A DNA stretch of 64,000 nucleotides, taken from positions 544,001 through 608,000 of the forward strand of contig OZ241883.1 of assembly GCA_965203445.1 (NCBI GenBank), given 5' to 3'. This stretch comes from Candidatus Oxydemutator sp. (GTDB taxonomy: Bacteria; Pseudomonadota; Gammaproteobacteria; Poriferisulfidales; Oxydemutatoraceae). The position numbers were made by a program, and so were the translations under genes. Shown one piece after another: positions 10,115 through 18,316 of the stretch (the stretch's first letter is position 1; the number at the start of each line of letters is the position of its first letter). Under the pieces are notes generated by a model, which had not been told where the DNA came from, searched no databases, and was given only the letters and a program-made list of their open reading frames with translations.

Positions 10115-10591
10115 ATGAAAAAATTGGCGGCGGCGTTGATGATGACGTTAGGCGCGGGCGCGACCGGCGACACGTCGGAGCGCGGCTACGTCGCATGCCG
10201 GCAACAAGCGGCGGCGGCCTTCGATCTGCCGGATGATCTGGTGCAGGCCGTCAAGGAAGTCGAAAGCGGCGCGTCTCTCGGCGCGCCGATCAGCACCAAC
10301 CGCAACGGCACCGAAGACATAGGCTTGATGCAGATCAACAGTTCCTGGCTGCCGACCCTGGGCCGGCACGGCATCAGCAAAGAAGGACTGCTCGACACCT
10401 GCGTCAATCTCCACGTCGGCGCCTGGATCCTGCGCCAGGCGATTGACGACGCCGGCGGCGACGTCTGGGCCGGCGTCGGCGCCTATCACTCGCCGACCCC
10501 GGCGCGCCAGCGGCGTTATCGCACACTGATAGTGCAAAAGTTACAAAAAATCAGGGCGCGTGCGCTGAATCAGGGCGCGAGGAGACGGTAA
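10115..10591 (+). CDS. Lytic transglycosylase (SLT domain; IagB/R64-PilT/BfpH-like)
   Basis: Motifs AVKEVES (catalytic Glu), DIGLMQINSSW and VGAYHS; N-terminal signal peptide. Confidence 0.93.
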   Translation: MKKLAAALMMTLGAGATGDTSERGYVACRQQAAAAFDLPDDLVQAVKEVESGASLGAPISTNRNGTEDIGLMQINSSWLPTLGRHGISKEGLLDTCVNLHVGAWILRQAIDDAGGDVWAGVGAYHSPTPARQRRYRTLIVQKLQKIRARALNQGARRR

Positions 10592-10592
10592 C

Positions 10593-11849
10593 TTGTCTTC
10601 GGTAAGCCGGATGCTCGCGCGCTCGATGCCGACCGCCCAAACCGCGGACGACGCCCGCAAGCGCCGCGTCGAAGCCGGTCGGGGCGCGCCGGCCGAGGAG
10701 TTTTTCGTCATTCCGGGACGCACCTTGCGGCCGGCGCGGTGGCCAGTGCGGTGGCCAATGGGGTGGTCAGTGCGGTGGTCAGTGCGGTGGCCAATGGGGT
10801 GGTCAGTGCGGTGGTCAGTGCGATGGCCAGCACGCCGGTCGCCGCGATGGCCGGCGCGCCCGGCACAAAGGCTGCTCGTCGCGGGCGGCGGCCTGCTGCT
10901 CAGCGCGGCCGTGGCCTCCCAGATCCTGATCGGGCCGACGGGGGCGCCCGCCAGGGCATCTGCGACGGCACCCGCGACGGCACCCGCGGGGGCGCTCACG
11001 GGCGACGCGGCTTTCACCCCGCTCCAAAAACGGCCCGAGCACCAGCCTCGCAGTCTGCCTCGCAGTCTGCCCCAGAGCCTACCACAGGACCCGGCCAGTC
11101 CGGTCGCGGAGCGCGAAACCGCGCCTGCCGGCGACGCGGGCGCGACGCCGCCAGACGCCGACGCCGCCATCGGTCATCAGCGCGAAACCGCGCCCGTTGG
11201 CGACGGGGACGCGGGCGAGACCGGGAATCACGCCGGCGATCTCACGCAAAAACTCGCCGACTTGTCGGCCACGCTAACCCGGGACCGGGCAACCGCGATA
11301 GCCTCGATACGCGGCGACTATTCCGCCCAGACCCGGAAAATAGAGCGCCTTGCGGCCACGCTGGCGCAACGTTCCGAGGAGTTTTCCCGCAGCCTTTCCC
11401 GGCTGCGGAATCTGGCCGAACGCAACGCCGCGCGCCTGATGGCGCAAGACACCGCGACGCCAAGCGCGGCGCCAGATGCGACACCGGGCAGGCGAGCGGG
11501 CGCCGCCGGGCGCGCCCCGCGCGCGGGGCGGCGGCCCGTCGGCCCGTCGGGAACGACGGAGCTTGTCGGACGCACCCCAGGCGCGGGGCGGCGGCGGCCG
11601 TTGCGACTGGCGGCGGTCGAATACCGGGGCCAAGAACCGGCGGCGGTCGTCTTGTTGGACGGACGCAGGCGCAGCCTGCACGAGGGGGACGCGCTCCTCG
11701 ACTACCGGGTGTCCGCGATTTCGGTCGCCGAGCGCGCCCTGACCCTGTTGGAACCGGCCACCGGCAAGCACTACGTGCTGGTCGTAGGAACAAACTACGT
11801 CGCCGAATACAACGCGGGTTCGGCGCGCGGGATTGATCATGCGGATTGA
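10593..11849 (+). CDS. Hypothetical bitopic membrane protein with low-complexity repeats, coiled coil and PilP/GspC-like C-terminal domain
   Basis: GAGGAG RBS before TTG 10593 (alternative ATG 10611). TM LLVAGGGLLLSAAVASQILIG; C-terminus LRLAAVEYRGQEPAAVVLLDG...LHEGDALLDYRVSAI. Confidence 0.6.
   Translation: MSSVSRMLARSMPTAQTADDARKRRVEAGRGAPAEEFFVIPGRTLRPARWPVRWPMGWSVRWSVRWPMGWSVRWSVRWPARRSPRWPARPAQRLLVAGGGLLLSAAVASQILIGPTGAPARASATAPATAPAGALTGDAAFTPLQKRPEHQPRSLPRSLPQSLPQDPASPVAERETAPAGDAGATPPDADAAIGHQRETAPVGDGDAGETGNHAGDLTQKLADLSATLTRDRATAIASIRGDYSAQTRKIERLAATLAQRSEEFSRSLSRLRNLAERNAARLMAQDTATPSAAPDATPGRRAGAAGRAPRAGRRPVGPSGTTELVGRTPGAGRRRPLRLAAVEYRGQEPAAVVLLDGRRRSLHEGDALLDYRVSAISVAERALTLLEPATGKHYVLVVGTNYVAEYNAGSARGIDHAD
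10736..10855 (+). repeat. In-frame 12-bp tandem repeat (~10 units, G[C/G]GGTGG[C/T]CA[G/A]T) containing a 36-bp duplication
   Basis: Read directly: GCGGTGGCCAGT GCGGTGGCCAAT GGGGTGGTCAGT GCGGTGGTCAGT GCGGTGGCCAAT GGGGTGGTCAGT GCGGTGGTCAGT GCGATGGCCAGC and two further degenerate units. Confidence 0.9.
11045..11080 (+). repeat. In-frame 12-bp tandem repeat, 3 units (encodes PRSL-PRSL-PQSL)
   Basis: GCCTCGCAGTCT GCCTCGCAGTCT GCCCCAGAGCCT. Confidence 0.8.
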
Positions 11850-11972
11850 GCGCGCGTCGAGGTTCGTTTTGCGCGCGCTCCGCGCCGTGCTCGCGGAGCG
11901 CGGCGGCGCGCCCGAGAAGAAACACCCCGAAGAAACCGCTTCGAGCAACGTTCAAAAAACAAGGAGAGCAAC

Positions 11973-12380
11973 ATGACCAGAGTTTGCGCAATTTTTCTGA
12001 TGTTCCTGGCCGCGGCCGCGACGTCCGGATGTATCGTCATCAAAAATCCGTTCCAGGGGCCGGGCGCCGACGCGCGCGCAGCGGCGCGTAGCGCGGGCGA
12101 ATCAAGCGAGGGCCGAATCGCGCGCACGCGCGCGGATCGCGCACAAGACGAGCGGGAACTGCTCAGGCGCGCCGTCGAGACGCTGGCGCGCACCCGGCGC
12201 ATCGGCCACGCGGCCTCGCTGAAACGGGCGCCCGGGGAGCGCGTGATCTTCGACTACGCCTATTTCGACCACGATCTCAAGGAGATGATCGAGGCCATAC
12301 GCGAATACCTGGCGGCGCGCGACACCGGCGTACGCGCGGCGCGCACGCCGGTGCCGCTCCAGTTGGACTACACGAGATAA
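11973..12380 (+). CDS. Hypothetical lipoprotein
   Basis: AAGGAG RBS; signal peptide with lipobox-like FLAAAATSGC; last gene co-oriented with the pilus cluster. Confidence 0.65.
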   Translation: MTRVCAIFLMFLAAAATSGCIVIKNPFQGPGADARAAARSAGESSEGRIARTRADRAQDERELLRRAVETLARTRRIGHAASLKRAPGERVIFDYAYFDHDLKEMIEAIREYLAARDTGVRAARTPVPLQLDYTR

Positions 12381-12455
12381 GGCGCGCGGCGTCATGGTCG
12401 GGGACGCGCCGTGGTCGTCATCGTCGTCCTCAAGCGGCTCGTGAAGTTCGGCCTG

Positions 12456-13550
12456 TTAGGACTGTACTGGGTCATGCGGTGACGGCCGAGGGCACCGTTC
12501 CTCGCTTGCGAGCACGCGCGTCGCGGCCTCGCTGAACGCGGCCTCGTCCATGCCGCGCAGGACGACGCGGACGGCGCCGGCGTAACCGCGAAAGTGGCGC
12601 TGCATCGAGCGCAGATAAAGCGGATCGTAATGCTCCTCGAGCAACGCGCGCACCAGCCCGGCGGCGTCGCCGGCGTCGCGCCGCGCAAGCCACCGCCGCA
12701 CGCGCGCCTCGCCGACGTGACCGCCCAAACGCGCCAGCGTCCGTTCGAGCAGTTCGGGGTCTTCTAGAAAACGGTGATACTCCGACACCAGAAAAGGCAC
12801 GCGCAGCCCGATACCGGCCTCGACGCGGATGCAGCGCGCCGCGCGTATCGCGCGAATCAGCGGCTCCGGCACGTGCAGCTTGCCGATGCGGCGGCTCTCG
12901 GCCTCGACGTACACCGGGCGTCCGGCGTCGAATTGCCGCATCGCCCGACACAACAGGCTCTCGAACCACCGCTGCGGCGGCTGCCCGCCTTCGGCGGGTT
13001 CGCCCAGCACCGAACCGCGGTGGCGCGCCAGGCCCTCGAGATCCAGCACCTGCCGGCCGCGCGCGCGCAGCACCTCGAGCAGGCGGCTCTTGCCGACGCC
13101 GGTGCGCCCGCACAGGACCCGGAATCCAAGCCGAGGCGACAGCTCCTCGAGCGCGGCGATGACCTCGCGGCGGTAGGCCTTGTAGCCTCCGGGCAGTTGG
13201 CGCGCCGGCCAGCCGATCTCGTTCAGCACGTGCACCATCGCCGCGCTGCGGGCGCCGCCGCGCCAGCAATAGATCAGCGGCCGCCAGTCGCCGCCGCGCG
13301 CCTGCCAATGCCGCTCCAAATGCCGCGCGACGTTGGCGGCGACTTTCGCGGCGCCGCGCTTTTTCGCCTCGAACGCGGAGACTTGCTTATAGACGGTGCC
13401 GACGGCGGCGCGCTCGGCGTCGTCCAACACCGGAAAGTTCCCGGCGCCCGGGACATGATCCTGCGTGTATTCGGCGGGCGAGCGCACGTCTATGATCTCG
13501 TCGAATTGATCCAGGCGTGCTAATGTCCAGCGTTTTTCGGAGGTCGTCAC
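12456..13550 (-). CDS. selU: tRNA 2-selenouridine(34) synthase
   Basis: Rhodanese domain IIDVRSPAEY...HVPGA...YCWRGGARS, then GGYKAYR, P-loop GRTGVGKS, LDLEGLARHRGS and EAESRRIG. Start placed at GTG 13550 because the longer track ORF overlaps selD. Confidence 0.95.
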   Translation of the reverse strand: MTTSEKRWTLARLDQFDEIIDVRSPAEYTQDHVPGAGNFPVLDDAERAAVGTVYKQVSAFEAKKRGAAKVAANVARHLERHWQARGGDWRPLIYCWRGGARSAAMVHVLNEIGWPARQLPGGYKAYRREVIAALEELSPRLGFRVLCGRTGVGKSRLLEVLRARGRQVLDLEGLARHRGSVLGEPAEGGQPPQRWFESLLCRAMRQFDAGRPVYVEAESRRIGKLHVPEPLIRAIRAARCIRVEAGIGLRVPFLVSEYHRFLEDPELLERTLARLGGHVGEARVRRWLARRDAGDAAGLVRALLEEHYDPLYLRSMQRHFRGYAGAVRVVLRGMDEAAFSEAATRVLASEERCPRPSPHDPVQS

Positions 13551-13551
13551 G

Positions 13552-14610
13552 GTGCTCCACCATCCCTGCAAACTGACCGCATTGTCGCACGGCGGCGGAT
13601 GCGGATGCAAAATACCGCCGGCCGCGCTGGCGCGGCTGCTGTCGCGGATACCGCCGCCATCCTCGCCGGCGCTGCTGGTGGGCGGCGCGCTGACGGACGA
13701 CGCCGCCGTGTATCGGCTCGACGATGAGCGCGCGCTGATCGCGACCGCCGATTTCTTCGCGCCCATCGTCGACGATCCGTTCGACTTCGGACGCATCGCC
13801 GCGGCCAACGCGCTGTCCGACGTCTATGCGATGGGCGGGCGCCCGGCGCTCGCGCTGAATCTCGTCGGCGCGCCGCTTGCGCGCATCGGCGAGGACGCGC
13901 TCGGCGAGATCGCAAGGGGCGGACACGAGATTTGCACGCGCGCCGGGGTCGCGGTCGGCGGCGGCCACTCGATAGACGCGCCCGAACCGTTCTACGGCCT
14001 CGCGGTGACCGGCTTCGCGCCGCCGGCAAAGATCAAGACCAACGCCGCGGCCGCCGACGGCGACGCGCTGATACTCGGCAAGCCGCTCGGTATCGGCGTG
14101 CTCGGCGCGGCGCTGAAGCAGGGGCGTCTCGACGAGAGCGGCTACCGCGAGATGATCCGGTGGACGACGCGCATCAACGACATCGGCGCACGCTTGGCCG
14201 AAGCCGACGACGAACCGTGCGCGGTGCACGCGATGACCGACGTCACCGGCTTCGGGCTGCTCGGCCACCTGCTCGAGATATGCCGGGCGTCCGGGATGCG
14301 CGCGTTCGTGCGCGCGCGCGACGTGCCGTTGATCGAGGCCGCGCTCGCGCTGGCGCGCGCCGGTTTCTCGCCCGGCGCCACGCGGCGCAACTGGGACGGC
14401 TACCGCGACCAGGTGCAAGCCGACGCGCTCGACGACGTCACGCGCGCGCTGCTGGCCGACCCGCAGACGAACGGCGGCCTGCTCGTCGCCTGCGCGCAAG
14501 ACGCGACGCCACGGGTGCTGGCGGAGTTCCACGCGCAAGGCTACACGCGCGCGGCCTGCATCGGGCGGCTGGAGCGCTCGTCCCGGGCCGGCGTCGTCGT
14601 CGAGGCCTGA
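13552..14610 (+). CDS. selD: Selenide, water dikinase (selenophosphate synthetase), Cys-type
   Basis: Motifs LTALSHGGGCGCKI, DDAAVY, DFFAPIVDDPFDFGRIAAANALSDVYAMGG, GGHSI, TDVTGFGLLGH and DPQTNGGLL. Confidence 0.97.
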   Translation: MLHHPCKLTALSHGGGCGCKIPPAALARLLSRIPPPSSPALLVGGALTDDAAVYRLDDERALIATADFFAPIVDDPFDFGRIAAANALSDVYAMGGRPALALNLVGAPLARIGEDALGEIARGGHEICTRAGVAVGGGHSIDAPEPFYGLAVTGFAPPAKIKTNAAAADGDALILGKPLGIGVLGAALKQGRLDESGYREMIRWTTRINDIGARLAEADDEPCAVHAMTDVTGFGLLGHLLEICRASGMRAFVRARDVPLIEAALALARAGFSPGATRRNWDGYRDQVQADALDDVTRALLADPQTNGGLLVACAQDATPRVLAEFHAQGYTRAACIGRLERSSRAGVVVEA

Positions 14611-14783
14611 GGCGAAACCGGCCGCCGGCGTCATTCGTCGGCTCACGTCGTTCGTCGGCCAGATGGGGCGTTTCATCCCCCTTTTCGTGCGCCGGCGGTT
14701 TCGTGTCCGCTACCTTCGTTTCCCTGTAAGCGGCGGCCGCGCACGTCTGGCCGGGGCCGCACCCAAACGACGGAGGAAACGAA

Positions 14784-15146
14784 ATGAAAGCAAAAAGAAT
14801 GGTCGCGCTGGCCGCGTTGGCGGTCGGCGTCGCCGGCGCGGGCTGCGCCACGGCGCCCGACAAAATACAGGCCGCGTCGCTGTCGCCGCTGGCCTACAAG
14901 GAGCATAGCTGCGAGGAAATCGCGGCGGAATACAACCGGGTGTCGGTGCGCGAGAGCGAACTGCACGCGGTCCTGAAGGAACGCGCCGACACCGACGCGA
15001 CGCAGATGGGCGTCGGCATGTTGCTGTTGTGGCCGACGCTGTTGTGGCTCGACGGAGACGGCGACGACACGCGGGAATACGCGCGCTTGAAGGGCGAGCA
15101 GGCCGCGCTGAAGGAAGCGGCGGCGGCCAGCCGGTGCGGGCTGTGA
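14784..15146 (+). CDS. Small hypothetical lipoprotein
   Basis: GGAGG RBS; lipobox VAGAGC; pattern SPLAYKEHSC...GVGMLLLWP...YARLKGE...C. Confidence 0.75.
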   Translation: MKAKRMVALAALAVGVAGAGCATAPDKIQAASLSPLAYKEHSCEEIAAEYNRVSVRESELHAVLKERADTDATQMGVGMLLLWPTLLWLDGDGDDTREYARLKGEQAALKEAAAASRCGL

Positions 15147-15173
15147 GGGTGCCGCCCGCGTGCAGGCCCGGCG

Positions 15174-16070
15174 TCAGAAGTCCGCGCTTAGATCGAAGGC
15201 GGTGACTTTGTTTTCGAGCATTTCGGGCACGATCAAAAGCCTGGTATCGGTCAGGAAGGCGACGTCCGCGGCGCCTTTGGGACGGATCAGCAAGGTGCGC
15301 GCCGCGCCGTTTGCGACGTGATGCACCATGCCCGCAACCCAGTCGGTCACGATGTAACCGCCCCGGCCGTCGGCCTCGATGCCGTCGAGGTTGCCGAGCG
15401 GCGCGGCCACCAGGTCGGTGCGCGCGCGCGTCTCGAGATCGAGCGCGAACACGCGCCCCGGCGTCTCGGTGCTGAAGTCGTCACCGATGCCGGCGCCCCA
15501 CGAGGCGACGATCAGCCGGCCCTCCTCGACGAGCAGGCCGTTGGGATGCTCCAGCGCGTCGCCCTCGGCGAATACCGACAGGTGCCCGTCTTTGTAGCGG
15601 TGGATGCGGCCGGCCACCATGTCGGAGACGTAGACCGCGCCGGCGGCGTCGCAGGCGACGTCGTTTAAGAACTTCGCGTCCGGCACCGCGACTTCGCGGG
15701 CGATCTCGCCGGTGGCGATGCGGATTGCGACGAGGCGGTCAATATCGGCGACCCACAACGTGCCGTCGTGGGCGCGCATACCCTTCGGCGCGTTCAGGCC
15801 GGTCGCCCATCGGTGTTCGAGGAGCGCGCCGGCGACGTCGAGCCTCGACACGAAGCCGTCGCCGTCCTTGCCGGTGGCGCCGCCAGCGCCCATCTGCGAC
15901 ACAAACAGCGAGCGCGAGGCGGCGTCGTAGTAGGCGCTTTCCGGCGCCTGCACCCCGTCGGCCTCGCCGATGCTCCAGACGACCGGCCGGGACGCGCCGG
16001 ACGCCGCGGCCACGGCCGCCTGGCAAAAAATCAGCACTGCCGCGAACGCGGCGGGTCTTGTAGCGGTCAT
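15174..16070 (-). CDS. SMP-30/gluconolactonase/LRE-family periplasmic beta-propeller protein
   Basis: Signal peptide; motifs APESAYYD, GLNAPKGM, LWVADID, FLNDV, VYVSD, PNGL and LDGI. Confidence 0.85.
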   Translation of the reverse strand: MTATRPAAFAAVLIFCQAAVAAASGASRPVVWSIGEADGVQAPESAYYDAASRSLFVSQMGAGGATGKDGDGFVSRLDVAGALLEHRWATGLNAPKGMRAHDGTLWVADIDRLVAIRIATGEIAREVAVPDAKFLNDVACDAAGAVYVSDMVAGRIHRYKDGHLSVFAEGDALEHPNGLLVEEGRLIVASWGAGIGDDFSTETPGRVFALDLETRARTDLVAAPLGNLDGIEADGRGGYIVTDWVAGMVHHVANGAARTLLIRPKGAADVAFLTDTRLLIVPEMLENKVTAFDLSADF

Positions 16071-16090
16071 AGTTGGCCCTCCTTCCTAAT

Positions 16091-16119
16091 TTGGCGGTGT
16101 ATCAAGCGCATATGATAAT
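16091..16119 (+). promoter_or_regulatory. Candidate sigma-70 promoter for nadA
   Basis: TTGGCG-N17-GATAAT in an AT-rich divergent intergenic gap; a second TATAAT lies at 16143-16148. Confidence 0.4.
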
Positions 16120-16188
16120 ACCACTCCCTCCTGTATTCTCTTTATAATAGAAGTGGACACCCCGCAGGGCGGGTGGAGAGATGGAGCG

Positions 16189-17238
16189 ATGGCGGCAAAT
16201 GTTGCATATGCGCCGCGAGTAGAGGCGCCTGAGACGGCGAGCGTGTGCGCGCTGGTGCCGCGCTATCGCGGCGCCGAGCGTCGCGAGCGGATGGCGCGCA
16301 TAGCGGACAAGCTGAAGGCACTCGACGCGGTGCTCGTGTCCCACTATTACGTGGACGAGGACTTGCAGATATTGGCCGAGCGCAGCGGCGGCTTCGTCGG
16401 CGACTCGCTGGAGATGGCGCGTTTCGGCCAGCGCGCCGACGCCTCGACGTTGGTGGTCGCGGGCGTGCGCTTCATGGGCGAGACCGCCAAGATACTGAGT
16501 CCCGACAAGCGCGTGCTGATGCCGACGCTTGAGGCGACCTGCTCGCTCGACGTCGGCTGCCCGATCGAGGCGTTCGCACCGTTTTGCGACGAACATCCCG
16601 AGCGCACGGTGGTCGTCTATGCGAACACCAGCGCCGAGGTCAAGGCGCGCGCCGACTGGGTCGTGACCTCCAGCATCGCGCTCGAGATCATCTGCCACCT
16701 GATGGATCGCGGCGAGAAAATCCTGTGGGCGCCCGACCGCCACCTCGGCAACTATTTACAGCGCGTCAGCGGCGCCGAGATGCTGACGTGGCCGGGCAGT
16801 TGCGTCGTGCACGAGGAGTTCAAGCACGCCGGCGTGCTCGAACTGAAGCGGCGCTACCCCGAGGCCGCGGTGCTGGTACACCCCGAGGCGCCGCGCGCGG
16901 TCATAGACGCCGCCGACGCGGTCGGTTCGACCAGCACGCTGGTGAAGGCCGTGCGCGAACTGCCGAACCGGCGCTTCATCGTCGCCACCGACAATCGCAT
17001 CTTCCACAAGATGCGCCAAGTCGCGCCGGGGCGCGAGTTCATAGAGGCGCCGACCGCGGGCGAGGGCGCGACCTGCAAAAGCTGCGCGCACTGCCCGTGG
17101 ATGGCGATGAACGGACTGCACAACCTGGAGCGGACGCTCGACGACGACGCCAACGAGATCCTCATTGACGAGCAGGTGCGGCGGCGCGCGCTGGTCTCGA
17201 CGCGGCGCATGATGGAGTTCGCGCGGCGCAGTCATTGA
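16189..17238 (+). CDS. nadA: Quinolinate synthase A
   Basis: Motifs [46 protein letters not shown] and [16 protein letters not shown] 16189 is preceded by GGAG. Confidence 0.97.
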   Translation: MAANVAYAPRVEAPETASVCALVPRYRGAERRERMARIADKLKALDAVLVSHYYVDEDLQILAERSGGFVGDSLEMARFGQRADASTLVVAGVRFMGETAKILSPDKRVLMPTLEATCSLDVGCPIEAFAPFCDEHPERTVVVYANTSAEVKARADWVVTSSIALEIICHLMDRGEKILWAPDRHLGNYLQRVSGAEMLTWPGSCVVHEEFKHAGVLELKRRYPEAAVLVHPEAPRAVIDAADAVGSTSTLVKAVRELPNRRFIVATDNRIFHKMRQVAPGREFIEAPTAGEGATCKSCAHCPWMAMNGLHNLERTLDDDANEILIDEQVRRRALVSTRRMMEFARRSH

Positions 17239-17250
17239 GGCCCTGCAAAC

Positions 17251-17275
17251 GGCGCGCTTCATCGAGAAGCGCGCC
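17251..17275. terminator. Hairpin between the convergent nadA and porin genes (possible bidirectional terminator)
   Basis: Perfect 10-bp stem GGCGCGCTTC-ATCGA-GAAGCGCGCC; only a short T run follows on the minus strand. Confidence 0.6.
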
Positions 17276-17293
17276 CGCCGCCGCACCGAAAGA

Positions 17294-18028
17294 TTACAGA
17301 TCGAAAGTCGTGGACACCGTGAAGTAAATCCGCGTGTCGTCACCGTCGGCCAAGTCGGTTCCGTCGGCACCGAGGTCGCTGCTCGGATTCACAAACCCCA
17401 AACCGACGTCGAGCGCTTCCATGATGGTCGTGCCGTAGCCGACTTCGACGTAATGCCCCCCCCAGTCTTCACTGAAGCCGCCGTAGGTCAGGAACAACCC
17501 CTTGTAGCCCAGGGTAGCGGCGGCGAAGGTGTAGTCCGCGTCGCTCTCGTGACTGGCGGCGCCGCCGTTGGTGTGATCGCCGAACGAGTACTCAAGATCC
17601 AAGGTGAACGGAAAATCCTCGGACGCAAATCCCAACGCAAGGTTGGTTTCGTTATACGCCGAGTCGAAACCCTCGGTGTACTGATAGCTCGTGTAGCCGA
17701 CGCCGACCGTTACGGCCTCGCCGAGAGCATAAGACAGGCCGGCGTACAAGTCGTACTCTATGCTGCTGTCCTTGTCCATGGTGCTGTCGCCGTCGTCGCT
17801 CACGTCCGCAAGCCAGGTGCCCGCGTATAACGGACCGTACTCAACGTCTATCCCGCCCATCGCGGCGGTGTCGGATTGCTTGATGCCGCGGTAGATGTAT
17901 TGCGACATAAAGCCGACGTTGGCGGAAACCCCCAGTTCGTAGCCTGCGCCGTCGTCGGCGCTCGCCTTCGTATGCGGCAACGTCGCGCCCAACAAGAGCG
18001 CGGCGCACAGGTATCGAATGTTTTTCAT
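17294..18028 (-). CDS. TorF-family putative outer-membrane porin
   Basis: ATG 18028 with AAGGAG RBS; signal peptide; motifs SANVGFMSQYIYRGIKQSD, GGIDV, YAGTW and EYDLYAG; C-terminal beta-strand IYFTVSTTFDL. Confidence 0.85.
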   Translation of the reverse strand: MKNIRYLCAALLLGATLPHTKASADDGAGYELGVSANVGFMSQYIYRGIKQSDTAAMGGIDVEYGPLYAGTWLADVSDDGDSTMDKDSSIEYDLYAGLSYALGEAVTVGVGYTSYQYTEGFDSAYNETNLALGFASEDFPFTLDLEYSFGDHTNGGAASHESDADYTFAAATLGYKGLFLTYGGFSEDWGGHYVEVGYGTTIMEALDVGLGFVNPSSDLGADGTDLADGDDTRIYFTVSTTFDL

Positions 18029-18082
18029 GTTGTTCTCCTTATATATAGTCAGGTTATACGGGTGCTGACGATACAATATAGA

Positions 18083-18098
18083 AGCAGGAAACGTGCCA
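18083..18098 (-). promoter_or_regulatory. Sigma-54 (-24/-12) promoter upstream of the TorF-like porin
   Basis: Minus strand reads TGGCACGTTTCCTGCT, an exact GG-N10-GC spacing with the TGGCACG -24 box, 55 bp upstream of the ATG. Confidence 0.75.
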
Positions 18099-18316
18099 TA
18101 TACGATATATCTCGTGATTACAAGAGATTACATAATCCGCGGCGCCCTCCGCCGCCGGCCCGGTGCACGCTTGCGGAACACCGATGCCCACGCGCTGACG
18201 CGCGATAACGCCGGATGGCAAGAACCGTGCCGGCGACGCCTCGTGGTTTATCACTTATAATGAAGGCCAGTCTCGGGCGCGTCCGGAACCGGACGACAAG
18301 CAAAACGACAACCAGA

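Noticed and set aside
10736-10855. Possible CRISPR array
   Set aside because: Contiguous 12-bp units with no unique spacers and no cas genes; it is a coding tandem repeat.
1027-12455. Integrated mobile element or genomic island boundaries around the pilus cluster
   Set aside because: No integrase, transposase, tRNA or flanking direct repeats were seen, and composition looks similar to neighbouring housekeeping genes.
13590-13612. Selenocysteine-containing SelD or SECIS element
   Set aside because: The active-site motif is encoded GGC GGA TGC GGA TGC AAA (Cys) with no in-frame TGA.
13551-13808. N-terminal extensions of track ORFs (selU to 13808, ampG to 21344, ORFs 3881.., 7604.., 9082..)
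   Set aside because: The extensions overlap well-supported neighbouring genes and lack family similarity; downstream starts fit the motifs and stop-start overlaps better.
16131-16150. NadQ/NrtR operator upstream of nadA
   Set aside because: TATT-N8-AATA is only a weak palindrome and does not fit the known consensus in its second half.
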